Below are positions 1 to 11,162 of a stretch of DNA of 55,976 bases, piece after piece (within the stretch, counting starts at the first letter, position 1; each line of letters opens with the position of its first letter). The translations under genes were made by a program, and so were the position numbers. The notes beneath the pieces were generated by a model. That model saw nothing but the letters and a program-made list of their open reading frames with translations, had not been told where the DNA came from and made no database searches. The stretch lies in contig CAZZJN010000001.1 in the NCBI GenBank assembly GCA_964654505.1, positions 31,195 through 87,170 on the forward strand, read 5' to 3'. This DNA is from an uncultured Ardenticatenaceae bacterium. GTDB taxonomy: Bacteria > Chloroflexota > Anaerolineae > Promineifilales > Promineifilaceae.

Positions 1-336
1 CCGGGCATTGTCGGCGGCAAGGGGCGTGAGCGGGTGCTGCGCGCGCCGGCAGATGGGATCGCCCGGTGGCGCGTCGATATCGGCGACCGGGTCCGCGAGG
101 GAGAAATACTGGGCGACGTGGTCGGGCATGAGATCGCTGCGCCTTTCGACGGCGTCGTGCGCGGCCTAATCGCCCCCGGCACGGCCGTCTCCGCCGGACT
201 GAAGATCGGCGATATCGACCCTCGCGACGATGTAGCCGCCTGCTTTACTATCTCCGACAAGGCATTGGCCATCGGTGGTGGTGTGCTGGAAGCTGTACTA
301 ATCCATCTGTCGAAATCCGAAGGAGATAAATCATGA
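1..336 (+). CDS. yqeB: Selenium-dependent molybdenum hydroxylase system protein, YqeB family (5'-partial)
   Basis: Frame is open from base 1: PGIVGGKGRERVLRAPADG...GVVRGLI...GLKIGDIDPR...CFTISDKALAIGGGVLEA, the characteristic YqeB C-terminus; yqeC lies downstream. Confidence 0.88.
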   Translation, partial: PGIVGGKGRERVLRAPADGIARWRVDIGDRVREGEILGDVVGHEIAAPFDGVVRGLIAPGTAVSAGLKIGDIDPRDDVAACFTISDKALAIGGGVLEAVLIHLSKSEGDKS

Positions 337-1271
337 GCCGTCGTGTTCTGTGGATCGTCCTGGTTCTTGTCCTGCTGTTGGCCACAGCCTACCTCGCCGC
401 AAGCTGGTTTTTCGCCAACATTATGATCGCCGCTCCCGCGCCGCCACTGGCCGAGGAGCGGGCAAGAATCGGTACCCCGGCCGACTTCGGTTTGCTGGAG
501 CCGGAAGACATCACCATACAATCGGGCGACATCACTCTATCAGGCTGGTATTTCGACAATCCGGCCGAGGGCAATTGCGGCGTCATGTTCATGCATGGCT
601 TTATTGGTTCGCGCTATCAGGCGCTCTACTGGGCGCCCCTCTTTTGGGAACGTGGCTGCGACATCCTGGCTTACGATCATCGCGGCCACGGGGACAGCAC
701 GCCCGCTTTCTACACCTACGGCTACTTTGAAAAAGGGGACGCCCTGACCGCCTATCGATGGTTCCAGCAACGCAGCGGGTTGGCTGAATCGCAGATCGGC
801 GTGGCCGGGGTATCGTTTGGGGCTGCCACAGCGTTACAACTCGCGCCGATGATCCCCGACGCACCGTTCATCCTGGCCGACTCATCCTATCGCAGTCTGG
901 CGGGGATTATTGTAGCACAGGCCAATGTCCGGGTAGGCAGCTTCCTCAGCCGCTTCATGGTTCCCGGCGTATTGGCCATAGCCGGGTTGCGGGGCGGCTT
1001 CGACACATCGGCGGTCTCACCAGAAACGGACATCGCCAAGGCGCAAATGCCCATCCTGCTCATTCATTCGCGCACCGACGATTTCACCCCCTACACCCAC
1101 TCGGAAGCCATCTACGCCAACAGCGACCAGAGCCGTACCGTGCTACATATCAACGAATGGGGATCGGCCCATGCCGGGGACATCGGAACCGATTTCGCCG
1201 CCTATAAGCAACTGTTCGACGTCTTTATGGCCGAGTATGTCCCCGGTTTCGGCCTGCCGCCAAACCAATAG
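333..1271 (+). CDS. Membrane-anchored alpha/beta hydrolase (paralog 1)
   Basis: N-terminal hydrophobic helix, HGF oxyanion motif, YDHRGHGDS, nucleophile elbow GVSFG, LLIHS..DD and a C-terminal His (SAHA). Start overlaps the yqeB stop (ATGA). Confidence 0.9.
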   Translation: MSRRVLWIVLVLVLLLATAYLAASWFFANIMIAAPAPPLAEERARIGTPADFGLLEPEDITIQSGDITLSGWYFDNPAEGNCGVMFMHGFIGSRYQALYWAPLFWERGCDILAYDHRGHGDSTPAFYTYGYFEKGDALTAYRWFQQRSGLAESQIGVAGVSFGAATALQLAPMIPDAPFILADSSYRSLAGIIVAQANVRVGSFLSRFMVPGVLAIAGLRGGFDTSAVSPETDIAKAQMPILLIHSRTDDFTPYTHSEAIYANSDQSRTVLHINEWGSAHAGDIGTDFAAYKQLFDVFMAEYVPGFGLPPNQ

Positions 1272-1300
1272 CAAATCAATGGATTGACAACGGAGCAACC

Positions 1301-2251
1301 ATGAAACATCGTCGATTGTGGATCACCCTGATTGTCGTCGCTGTTCTCTTCACTGCGGTCTATGTGGCCGCCGGCTGGTATTTCTCCAGTCTCATCATCG
1401 CCACCGACACGGAATCGCTGGCCGAAGCGGCGACCGAAGCCGCGGCCGACGGCGAGACCCCGGCCGACTTCGGCCTGCCGGATCCGGAAGACATCACCAT
1501 TCAATCGGGCGACGTCACCCTGTCCGGCTGGTATTTCGACAATCCGGCCGACGCAGGTTGCGGCTTGATGTTCCTCCACGGCTTCCACGGCACACGCTAC
1601 AACGCGCTCAACTGGGCGCCGATGTTCTGGGAGCGCGGCTGTGACATACTGGCCTACGATCATCGCGGCCACGGCGACAGCACGGATGCCCTCCACACCT
1701 ACGGCTTTTACGAGAAAGGGGACGCCATCGCCGCCCTGGACTGGTTCATCAACCGCTCCGGGCTGGAACGCTCGCAAATCGGCGTGTTCGGCGTGTCCTA
1801 TGGGGCGTCCACAGCGCTACAGATGGCCCCTATGACGCCGGAGATCGCCTTTGTCGCCGCCGATTCGCCCTACAGCGAACTGGAAGAGATCGTCGGTTTC
1901 CAGGGCCGCGCGCAGTTCCCCACCCTTGCCCCGCTGGTGTTGCCGGCGGCCTTGCGCATTGCCGAACTGCGGGCTGATTTCGATGTGGACGCGGTGGCAC
2001 CGGAACGATCCATCGCCGAGATCACGGTTCCCGTCCTGCTCATCCATTCGTTGACCGATGAATACACCGTTTCCACCCATTCCGAGGACATCTACGCCAA
2101 CAGTGACAAGAGCCGCACGGTGCTCGATCTGACCGACTGGGATTCACCCCACGCCCGCGATATCGTCACTGATCCGGTGGCCTACGAGCAGCTGGTCAAC
2201 GACTTTCTGAGCCAATTCGTGCCGAACTTCGGTCTGGCCCCAACTCCATGA
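1301..2251 (+). CDS. Membrane-anchored alpha/beta hydrolase (paralog 2)
   Basis: Same motifs (HGF, YDHRGHGDS, GVSYG, LLIHSLTDE, SPHA), colinear with paralog 1; GGAG RBS upstream. Confidence 0.9.
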   Translation: MKHRRLWITLIVVAVLFTAVYVAAGWYFSSLIIATDTESLAEAATEAAADGETPADFGLPDPEDITIQSGDVTLSGWYFDNPADAGCGLMFLHGFHGTRYNALNWAPMFWERGCDILAYDHRGHGDSTDALHTYGFYEKGDAIAALDWFINRSGLERSQIGVFGVSYGASTALQMAPMTPEIAFVAADSPYSELEEIVGFQGRAQFPTLAPLVLPAALRIAELRADFDVDAVAPERSIAEITVPVLLIHSLTDEYTVSTHSEDIYANSDKSRTVLDLTDWDSPHARDIVTDPVAYEQLVNDFLSQFVPNFGLAPTP

Positions 2252-3612
2252 TCGATGGGGCGTGGTCGTTGCCCGCCGCGCTGGGCATCGGCGAACGGCC
2301 GGAGCTGGTGGCCTTCGTTGGCGGCGGGGGCAAGACCAGCCTGATGTTCGCCCTCGCGGCCGAGTTGCCGGGGCGCGTGGTCATGACCACCACTACGCGC
2401 CTGTTCGCCCGGCAGATGGAGCACGCGCCGTCCATCATCTATGAGGGCGATCTCGCGGCGCTTGACGAAACACTGGCCACCCACAGGGTTTGCTTTGTCG
2501 CCGGTCGTATCGAGGGAGACAAGGCCATCGGCGTCGATCCCGTTCTGCCCGCCCGCCTGCTGGCCCGGCCCGATGTCGATTTCGTTCTGGTGGAGGCCGA
2601 CGGCTCGCGCATGCTGCCCATCAAGGCCCCCGCCGACCACGAACCGGTCGTCCCGCCGGGGACGACGCTGCTCGTGCCGATGGCCGGGCTGGACGCGCTG
2701 GAAGGGTCGATCGATGAAGTCGCCCATCGACCGGAACAGATCAGGGCGATTACGAATGACGAATTACGAATGACGAATGAAGAGCGGTCGTCGGTGGTCG
2801 ACGGCCGGCTGACGGCGGCCGGACTGACGCGGGTGCTGGTTCATCCGCAAGGTGGACTGAAGAATGCGCCGGATGGAGCGCGAATCGTCCCGTTTCTCAA
2901 CAAGGCCGAGACGGCCGGACGACTGGCGGCGGGGCGAGAGGCGGCTGGACTGATGATGGCCGAGCCACGGGTATCGCGGGTGGTGCTGGGAGCGCTGCGG
3001 GAGGCGTCGCCGGTATGCGAAGTGTGGCGACGGGTGGCAGCCGTCGTGCTGGCCGCGGGAACATCCAGCCGCATGGGTCACAACAAGCTCCTCCTGCCCT
3101 GGGGCGAATCAACCGTGCTGGCCCGGACTCTGGCCAATGTAAAAGAGTCGTCGGTAGCGAGTGTGCTGGCCGTCACCGGGCACCAGCAGGAGAAGACGGA
3201 GGCGATCGCCGCCGATCTATACATCCCAACGATACGGAATGAATACTATGCGAATGGGATGTTGACGTCTGTTCAGACGGCCATTCGCCACTTACCTCCA
3301 ACCGTCGAAGCCGCGCTTGTCGTGCTGGGCGATCAGCCGATGGTCGACGCGGAGATGATCAATGCTCTGTTACGCGCCTATGCCGCAGGCACGCATGGTT
3401 TAATCGCCCCCACTTATCGCGGGCAACGCGGCAATCCCGTGCTCATTGACCGGCGCTATTTCGATGAACTGCTTTCCCTGCCGCCGGAAGCCGCGCCCCG
3501 CGTATTATTGCAGCGTCACGAAGACGATCTGCGTTATGTCGAGTTCGACGACGACGCTATCCTTCACGATATCGACCGGCTGGAAGATTACGAGCGCTGG
3601 CGGCCGAAATAA
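2248..3612 (+). CDS. yqeC: YqeC-family protein fused to molybdenum cofactor cytidylyltransferase (MocA/YgfJ-like)
   Basis: N-half: VGGGGKTSL, TTTTR, VLVEADGSRMLPIKAPADHEP (YqeC). C-half: VVLAAGTSSRMGHNKLLL, LGDQP, GNPVL, DID (NTP_transf_3/MocA). Confidence 0.88.
   Translation: MIDGAWSLPAALGIGERPELVAFVGGGGKTSLMFALAAELPGRVVMTTTTRLFARQMEHAPSIIYEGDLAALDETLATHRVCFVAGRIEGDKAIGVDPVLPARLLARPDVDFVLVEADGSRMLPIKAPADHEPVVPPGTTLLVPMAGLDALEGSIDEVAHRPEQIRAITNDELRMTNEERSSVVDGRLTAAGLTRVLVHPQGGLKNAPDGARIVPFLNKAETAGRLAAGREAAGLMMAEPRVSRVVLGALREASPVCEVWRRVAAVVLAAGTSSRMGHNKLLLPWGESTVLARTLANVKESSVASVLAVTGHQQEKTEAIAADLYIPTIRNEYYANGMLTSVQTAIRHLPPTVEAALVVLGDQPMVDAEMINALLRAYAAGTHGLIAPTYRGQRGNPVLIDRRYFDELLSLPPEAAPRVLLQRHEDDLRYVEFDDDAILHDIDRLEDYERWRPK
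2751..2778 (+). repeat. Heptamer tandem repeat (TACGAAT/GACGAAT x4) inside yqeC
   Basis: tacgaat gacgaat tacgaat gacgaat read directly; encodes part of TNDELRMTNE. Confidence 0.8.
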
Positions 3613-3617
3613 TCTCA

Positions 3618-3659
3618 CCTCAATAGCTGTTACCCTCGCCTCAATAGTTGTTACCCTCG
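3618..3659 (+). repeat. 21-bp tandem direct repeat (one mismatch)
   Basis: cctcaatagctgttaccctcg followed immediately by cctcaatagttgttaccctcg. Confidence 0.9.
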
Positions 3660-3686
3660 GCGCGAGTGCTACAATTTTCGGCCGTC

Positions 3687-4268
3687 ATGAAGAATTCCAC
3701 ACCACCGGCAGATTGGCCGGTTCGCATCATTCGCAGCGCCAAACGGCGCAAAACGGTCGGCGCTCGTCTGGAAGACGGCGTACTGGTGATCCGCGCTCCG
3801 GCAACAATACGCGATGACGAACTGGCCCCGATCATCGACAGCCTTAAAAAGCGCATGAAACGACGCGCCAAAAACATGCCGCAATCGGACGAGGCTCTTG
3901 AAAAACAGGCGCGTGAGTTAAACCGGAAGTACTTCGACGGCCGTCTGAAATGGCAATCCGTCCGCTATGTGACCAATCAGAACAGCCGATTTGGCAGCTG
4001 CACGCCCGCTGATGGCACCATCCGGCTGAGTCATCGATTGGCCGGCATGCCGTCATGGGTGCGTGATTACGTGCTGGTCCACGAGCTGGCCCACCTTGTC
4101 GAAGCCAACCACGGCCCGCGCTTCTGGGACCTGGTCAATCGCTACCCGCTGACCGAACGCGCGCGCGGCTATCTGATGGCTGTGGGGCTGGAAGCGCTCG
4201 ATGATGCCGGGGAAGAGGCTACTTCAGCAGTTGACGGTAGCCGCGATTCCAGTAGACCAGCGGCTTGA
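3687..4268 (+). CDS. YgjP/DUF45 (M48-like) zinc metallohydrolase family protein
   Basis: RSAKRRKT N-terminus, FGSCT, DYVLVHELAHLVEANHGPRFW (HExxH). ATG at 3687 is preceded by an extended -10-like TGcTACAAT. Confidence 0.88.
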   Translation: MKNSTPPADWPVRIIRSAKRRKTVGARLEDGVLVIRAPATIRDDELAPIIDSLKKRMKRRAKNMPQSDEALEKQARELNRKYFDGRLKWQSVRYVTNQNSRFGSCTPADGTIRLSHRLAGMPSWVRDYVLVHELAHLVEANHGPRFWDLVNRYPLTERARGYLMAVGLEALDDAGEEATSAVDGSRDSSRPAA

Positions 4269-4710
4269 CGTCCGGCCTGGGCACACCGCAAGCCTGCACC
4301 TCGCCGATGTAAATGGTGTGGCTGCCGGCGATGAAACGTGAGTAGATAGTGCAATCCAGCCAGGCCAACGCGTCCTTGAGGATCGGCGCGCCGGTGACGG
4401 CCGTGTCCCAATTCCCCTCGGCGAAACGATCTTCATCCTTCAGCCAGGCGAAGCGGTTCGACAGCTCCATCTGATCGTGGCTCAAAATATTAACGGCGAA
4501 GGTCGCCCCGGACGTCTCCAGCAAGCGGTAGGCGCTCGCCCGGTGGTCGACCGCGATCAGGATGAAGGGTGGCTCGGGCGAGACGGAAGCGAAAGCCGAA
4601 ACAGTGAGCCCATGGGGCACATCCGACGCAGGCGATTTGATGGTGACGATGGTCACGCCCGATGGAAAATGGCGCAATACGTCACGATAGTCCTCAGATG
4701 ATGCAGGCAT
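4219..4710 (-). CDS. Flavin reductase family protein
   Basis: YRDVLRHFPSGVTIVT, GLTVSAFASVSPEPP, FAVNIL, AGSHTIYIGEV, PLVYWNRGY. Confidence 0.92.
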   Translation of the reverse strand: MPASSEDYRDVLRHFPSGVTIVTIKSPASDVPHGLTVSAFASVSPEPPFILIAVDHRASAYRLLETSGATFAVNILSHDQMELSNRFAWLKDEDRFAEGNWDTAVTGAPILKDALAWLDCTIYSRFIAGSHTIYIGEVQACGVPRPDVKPLVYWNRGYRQLLK

Positions 4711-4758
4711 AAAATCCCTCATAAAAAATCAGCGGCCGAACTGTACAGCCCAACCCCG

Positions 4759-5712
4759 TTAATTGTAGGAAGATCGCTTGGTCGGGGGCAAGCCCAGAAC
4801 GTCGCGCACGACGGTGGCGATATTGGTGAGATCGTGAATGTGCGCGGCATGGCGAGCATGGTCGCGGCCGAAAAGGATCGTCGGCACGGGGTTGCGCGTG
4901 TGCTGGCGATGACCCTTCTCTTCCAGGTTGCCGTGGTCGCTGGTGATGATAAGCAGGCCGCGGTCCTCATTCCACGACTCCAGCAGGCCGCCGAGCACGG
5001 TGTCGATATGCTCCAGGTGGGTGACTGCCTCTGCCAGTGTCCCGCGATGACCCGCCTGGTCGGTCGGCCAGTGCTCGAAGAAGCTGAACTCATAACCGGC
5101 GGCGATGGCGGCGATCCGGCGACCAGCCTCGTGAAGCGCGAGGACGGGCATATCGACATATCCCAGATGATCGCGCCAGCCCGCGCCGGTGAAGTCGGGG
5201 CTGACGGCCCGTCCCGCGCGCAGGTCGGCCTCGCCCATGAGCGGCAACCCGGCGCTGACGGCCGCCAGCGGGACGGCCGACAACAGGCGACGGCCGTTCT
5301 CGATGGCCTCAAAATAGCTTGCCGGATAGGGGGTGATGAGCGCTGCCCGACCACCCGAGGCTATCACCTCGTGAAACAACGTGCCCTGCTGAATCGCCTC
5401 GGCGACGGCCGCGTTGGGTTTGGGACCGTAATGCTCGCCCACTTGTCGGGGGATATTGCGACCGGTGAGGATAGTGGCCTGACCGGTAGCGCTTTGCGGC
5501 CGCCCCTCCAGGCCCAGATTGGCATCCGTCGGCACAAGCGTGGCACGTTCGGTCTGTCGCCGGCCGCCGCCGTCCAGATACCAGCCGACGCCCAGCAAGC
5601 CGGACAACACCGGCATCCTGGCCGTAACAAACGGGTTCTTGCCGGGGTCCGGCCCGCCCAGGCCGACGCCATCCAGAAATAATATATGAGCAAACAATTG
5701 TTGGTCCGTCAT
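4759..5712 (-). CDS. Metalloenzyme (alkaline phosphatase/iPGM superfamily) protein
   Basis: LFLDGVGLG, PQSATGQ (Ser nucleophile), TDQAGH, TSDHGN, HTRNPVP metal-ligand motifs. Confidence 0.82.
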   Translation of the reverse strand: MTDQQLFAHILFLDGVGLGGPDPGKNPFVTARMPVLSGLLGVGWYLDGGGRRQTERATLVPTDANLGLEGRPQSATGQATILTGRNIPRQVGEHYGPKPNAAVAEAIQQGTLFHEVIASGGRAALITPYPASYFEAIENGRRLLSAVPLAAVSAGLPLMGEADLRAGRAVSPDFTGAGWRDHLGYVDMPVLALHEAGRRIAAIAAGYEFSFFEHWPTDQAGHRGTLAEAVTHLEHIDTVLGGLLESWNEDRGLLIITSDHGNLEEKGHRQHTRNPVPTILFGRDHARHAAHIHDLTNIATVVRDVLGLPPTKRSSYN

Positions 5713-5837
5713 TGCCAACCGTCCAGCGTTCTCCGATAATCCTAGCATATCCTCGGCGGGTTTAGAAATTCGATCCGTTCTGATGTGCGCCGGTCTCTCA
5801 TCAGCCAGGATATTCTGTCGATAGATTCAAGCTCTTC

Positions 5838-6269
5838 ATGAACGAAGATTTCATCACCATCAACGAATCACTCTCTCTGCCGGAAACGGAGTTGCAGTTT
5901 CGCTTCTCAACCGGCGGCGGGCCAGGCGGCCAGCATGTTAACAAGACGGCCACGCGGGTGACATTGCTGTTCGACATCGCCAATTCGCCCAGCCTGAACG
6001 ACGAGATGCGCGGCCGCATCCTCGACCGCCTGTCGTCGCGAATCGACCGCCACGGCACGCTCCATATCGACGTTCACGAGTCGCGCAGCCAGTGGCAAAA
6101 TCGGCTCACGGCCATCGCCAGGTTCCAGCAACTGCTGGCGGACGCGCTGACGGAACAAGCCGAACGACGACCAACGCGGCCGACACGTCACGCTCGCCAG
6201 GAACGGCTGGATAAGAAAAAGCAGCGCAGCGAGATCAAGCGGGGTCGCCGCCGGCGTTGGGATGAATAA
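5838..6269 (+). CDS. arfB: Alternative ribosome rescue peptidyl-tRNA hydrolase ArfB
   Basis: GGPGGQHVNK, RSQWQNR and a basic C-terminal tail (RRPTRPT...RLDKKKQRSEIKRGRR). Confidence 0.93.
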   Translation: MNEDFITINESLSLPETELQFRFSTGGGPGGQHVNKTATRVTLLFDIANSPSLNDEMRGRILDRLSSRIDRHGTLHIDVHESRSQWQNRLTAIARFQQLLADALTEQAERRPTRPTRHARQERLDKKKQRSEIKRGRRRRWDE

Positions 6270-6286
6270 CCACCCCTGTTCTGCCG

Positions 6287-6317
6287 AAAAAAATAGGGCA
6301 GGGAAACCATGCCCTAT
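6287..6317 (-). terminator. Rho-independent terminator downstream of clpC
   Basis: Stem atagggca/tgccctat followed by a 7-T run on the minus strand, between convergent arfB and clpC. Confidence 0.75.
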
Positions 6318-6352
6318 CGTTCATCTGTGATCACACCGGGGAACCCGGTCGT

Positions 6353-8845
<2,493 letters not shown>

Positions 8846-8998
8846 TGGGCTATTGTCCTTGGTTCGTATACCTCAATTCATTTTCGGACGACAGTCAAGG
8901 CAAGACCGTCGCCGACTTATTATTCTAGCAAGGCAAGATTGGATTCGCGTAAGACCGGTGGCGGATATCCGGTTCGGTTTGGGAACGGCAATCATCAT

Positions 8999-9424
8999 TT
9001 ACAATACGCGAATACCTTCGTTCTGGTCGTAACCATCGCCCCAGGCCATGATTTTGAACGGCGTTATCTCGATGAGTCGCCAGTCGGCCGTCTCATCATA
9101 ACGGAAATCCCACTCGTACTTGTTATGAAAATGCTCGGCCAGAGGATCGATGAGCGCCCGATCGGCGGTGTGAGCCTCGCCTTCGATGACGACCACATTG
9201 ACCGCGTCGGGCAGCGACAGAGCGACATTCTGATTATGATACATGTTGGTGTATTTCTGCGTCTCGCTGCCGGTGCAGACGTAGATTTTGTCGTTGAGCC
9301 AGATATACCAGAGAGGGACGAGATGAGGGCGGCCATCGCCGCGAACGGTCGCTATCCAGATGTTGCTTTCCCGGCTCAGTCGGGCTTCAATCAAACGCCA
9401 GCGGGCAGGATCTCTTCGTCTCAT
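8999..9424 (-). CDS. Pyridoxamine 5'-phosphate oxidase-like (PPOX, possibly F420-binding) protein
   Basis: WIATVRGDGRPHLVPLWY, K..N...NQNVAL, VVIEGEA split-barrel pattern. Confidence 0.85.
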   Translation of the reverse strand: MRRRDPARWRLIEARLSRESNIWIATVRGDGRPHLVPLWYIWLNDKIYVCTGSETQKYTNMYHNQNVALSLPDAVNVVVIEGEAHTADRALIDPLAEHFHNKYEWDFRYDETADWRLIEITPFKIMAWGDGYDQNEGIRVL

Positions 9425-9536
9425 AGTGCGCTGCGCCCGGCCGGGCTATCTTGATTAAAGAGCATCCACAGATATCACAGAGTTTGCAGATTTTTCAGAG
9501 ACAAATCCGTGAGGATCGCCTCGCCTTTTATTTTCT

Positions 9537-10403
9537 CTATCCGCTGGGGACTATCAACTCGCCAGCGCGCCAATGTGCCGTCTCCGCGTCACACACATAG
9601 CCTGTCAGCGACTGCATCAGGTCATCAAACTGTCGAGCGTCGCCACTGGTAAAACATCGCAACGTGCCCCGCGGATGCTCGGGCGCGCTTAACCGATGTT
9701 GTTGTAGCACATATCGGGTTTGTCGGGCAACCGCCGGGGCCGGATCGATGATGGTCATCTGTTCTCCGGCAAGCTCTTGCAACAAGGGGCTAACAAAGGG
9801 GTAATGAGTGCAGCCAAGGACGAGTGTATCAACGCCGGCAGCCAGCATCGGGTCGATTACGCGGCGCAACAGGTCTCGCGTCTCGAGTGTGTCCAGTGCT
9901 CCGGATTCGATCAGTTGCACCAGCCCCACGCAGGGATCCTCATGAACCTCGATACCCGCGGCAAAACGAGCCATCAGGGCGGCATACCGATTGCTGTTGA
10001 GCGTGCTTGGAGTCGCCAACACCCCCACCTTGCCGCTGCGCGTCGTCAGTGCCGCTGGTTTGACGGCCGGTTCCATGCCGACAAAGGGCACGGCCGGGAA
10101 CGTTTGGCGCAGATAATCGAGCGCGGCGGCCGAAGCCGTGTTGCATGCCACCACGATCAGCTTCGCCTTATGTCGCAGGAGGAAGCGGGCGATCCCGGCT
10201 GTGAAGTCGCGCACCTGTTCCGGCGGCCGCGGGCCATAGGGGATGTGTTGCTGATCGGCGAAGTAAAAAGTTGATTCGGACGGCAGCAATTGGCGGAGAT
10301 GGCGCAGCACCGAAAGTCCGCCGACGCCGGAGTCCATCACCCCGATAGGGTCCTCCGGCCGCGGCCGGTATTCGAGCGTAGCGCGCTCGCCGTCGTCGCT
10401 CAC
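9537..10403 (-). CDS. murI: Glutamate racemase
   Basis: DSGVGGLSV, VVACNTAS, VGMEPAVKPAA, LVLGCTHYPF. GTG start at 10403 chosen just after the coxG stop. Confidence 0.95.
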   Translation of the reverse strand: MSDDGERATLEYRPRPEDPIGVMDSGVGGLSVLRHLRQLLPSESTFYFADQQHIPYGPRPPEQVRDFTAGIARFLLRHKAKLIVVACNTASAAALDYLRQTFPAVPFVGMEPAVKPAALTTRSGKVGVLATPSTLNSNRYAALMARFAAGIEVHEDPCVGLVQLIESGALDTLETRDLLRRVIDPMLAAGVDTLVLGCTHYPFVSPLLQELAGEQMTIIDPAPAVARQTRYVLQQHRLSAPEHPRGTLRCFTSGDARQFDDLMQSLTGYVCDAETAHWRAGELIVPSG

Positions 10404-10410
10404 GACCAGT

Positions 10411-11109
10411 TCAAACCCGGCTCCGCACTGGAGCTTCAGGGGATGGAAGAGGCAGCTCGTCCGGAGTTCGTCCCGGTAGCCCGACAACCTGCCCGGGAGC
10501 CGGATGCGTTCGCCGGCGGCCGAGGCCGCGCACGATAAGGACAATGCCCAGGAGCGCGAGAGCGAGGGTCAGCAAGCGACGAAAGAAGGACACAAGATCA
10601 TAGATCTCGGTCGAACGGGCCGCAATGCCGGCCGCGGGCGTGGTCAAAGCCGTCGTGAAGGTGCCGGTGCGCAACGCTACCTCAAACTCGAGGGCTTCAA
10701 GGCTGCGGCGCGAGATGGCGTTCATGGTGGTTTGCATCAGCCGGGGGGATATTCGGGCGAAACGGCCGCGTGGTTCGATATCGGCCTCGTAGATGAGCGC
10801 GGTGGCGCCGGCTCCCTCCGGTTCGAGGGACACGTGGCCGCGGGCATAAAGATAACCGGGGCGGTTCTCGCTCTCAGCCTCGAAGTCAAACCCCTGATAG
10901 GGCGTAACCCGGTCAAGGTGCATGACGCCGGTGAGATGCTCGATATCCCGGCCAATGCGTGTGTTGAGGGTTAGCTGGAATTCATCGGGGGCGATGGCTT
11001 CCAGCATATCGCAGTCCGGCAAGACCCGCTTGAGCACGTCCGGATTTTGCAGAAGAGACCACAAGGTTTCCGGGCCGGCGGCAAATGTCCGTCGTCCTTC
11101 GATTTTCAT
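10411..11109 (-). CDS. CoxG-like SRPBCC protein with C-terminal membrane anchor
   Basis: MKIEG...W..L.NP.VL...LP.C pattern, GRFA.I..RLM, late hydrophobic helix LLTLALALLGIVLIV. Confidence 0.78.
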   Translation of the reverse strand: MKIEGRRTFAAGPETLWSLLQNPDVLKRVLPDCDMLEAIAPDEFQLTLNTRIGRDIEHLTGVMHLDRVTPYQGFDFEAESENRPGYLYARGHVSLEPEGAGATALIYEADIEPRGRFARISPRLMQTTMNAISRRSLEALEFEVALRTGTFTTALTTPAAGIAARSTEIYDLVSFFRRLLTLALALLGIVLIVRGLGRRRTHPAPGQVVGLPGRTPDELPLPSPEAPVRSRV

Positions 11110-11162
11110 TTCCGGTTCCCTCTTTCATCCCTGCCGACACGATTCATTTCGACAGACCCTCG

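Noticed and set aside
1-3612. Selenocysteine (UGA) read-through in the selenium-related operon
   Set aside because: The TGA codons fall at natural protein ends overlapping the next ATG; no SECIS-like hairpin was noticed.
3618-3659. Mini-CRISPR
   Set aside because: Two adjacent repeats with no spacer and no cas genes.
8846-8998. CIRCE/CtsR heat-shock operator upstream of clpC
   Set aside because: No TTAGCACTC-N9-GAGTGCTAA or clear CtsR heptad repeats; only an extended -10 (TGcTAGAAT) and a 10-bp CAAGGCAAGA repeat of doubtful meaning.
10411-11109. Aerobic CO dehydrogenase cluster
   Set aside because: Only a CoxG-like gene is present; no coxLMS in the window.
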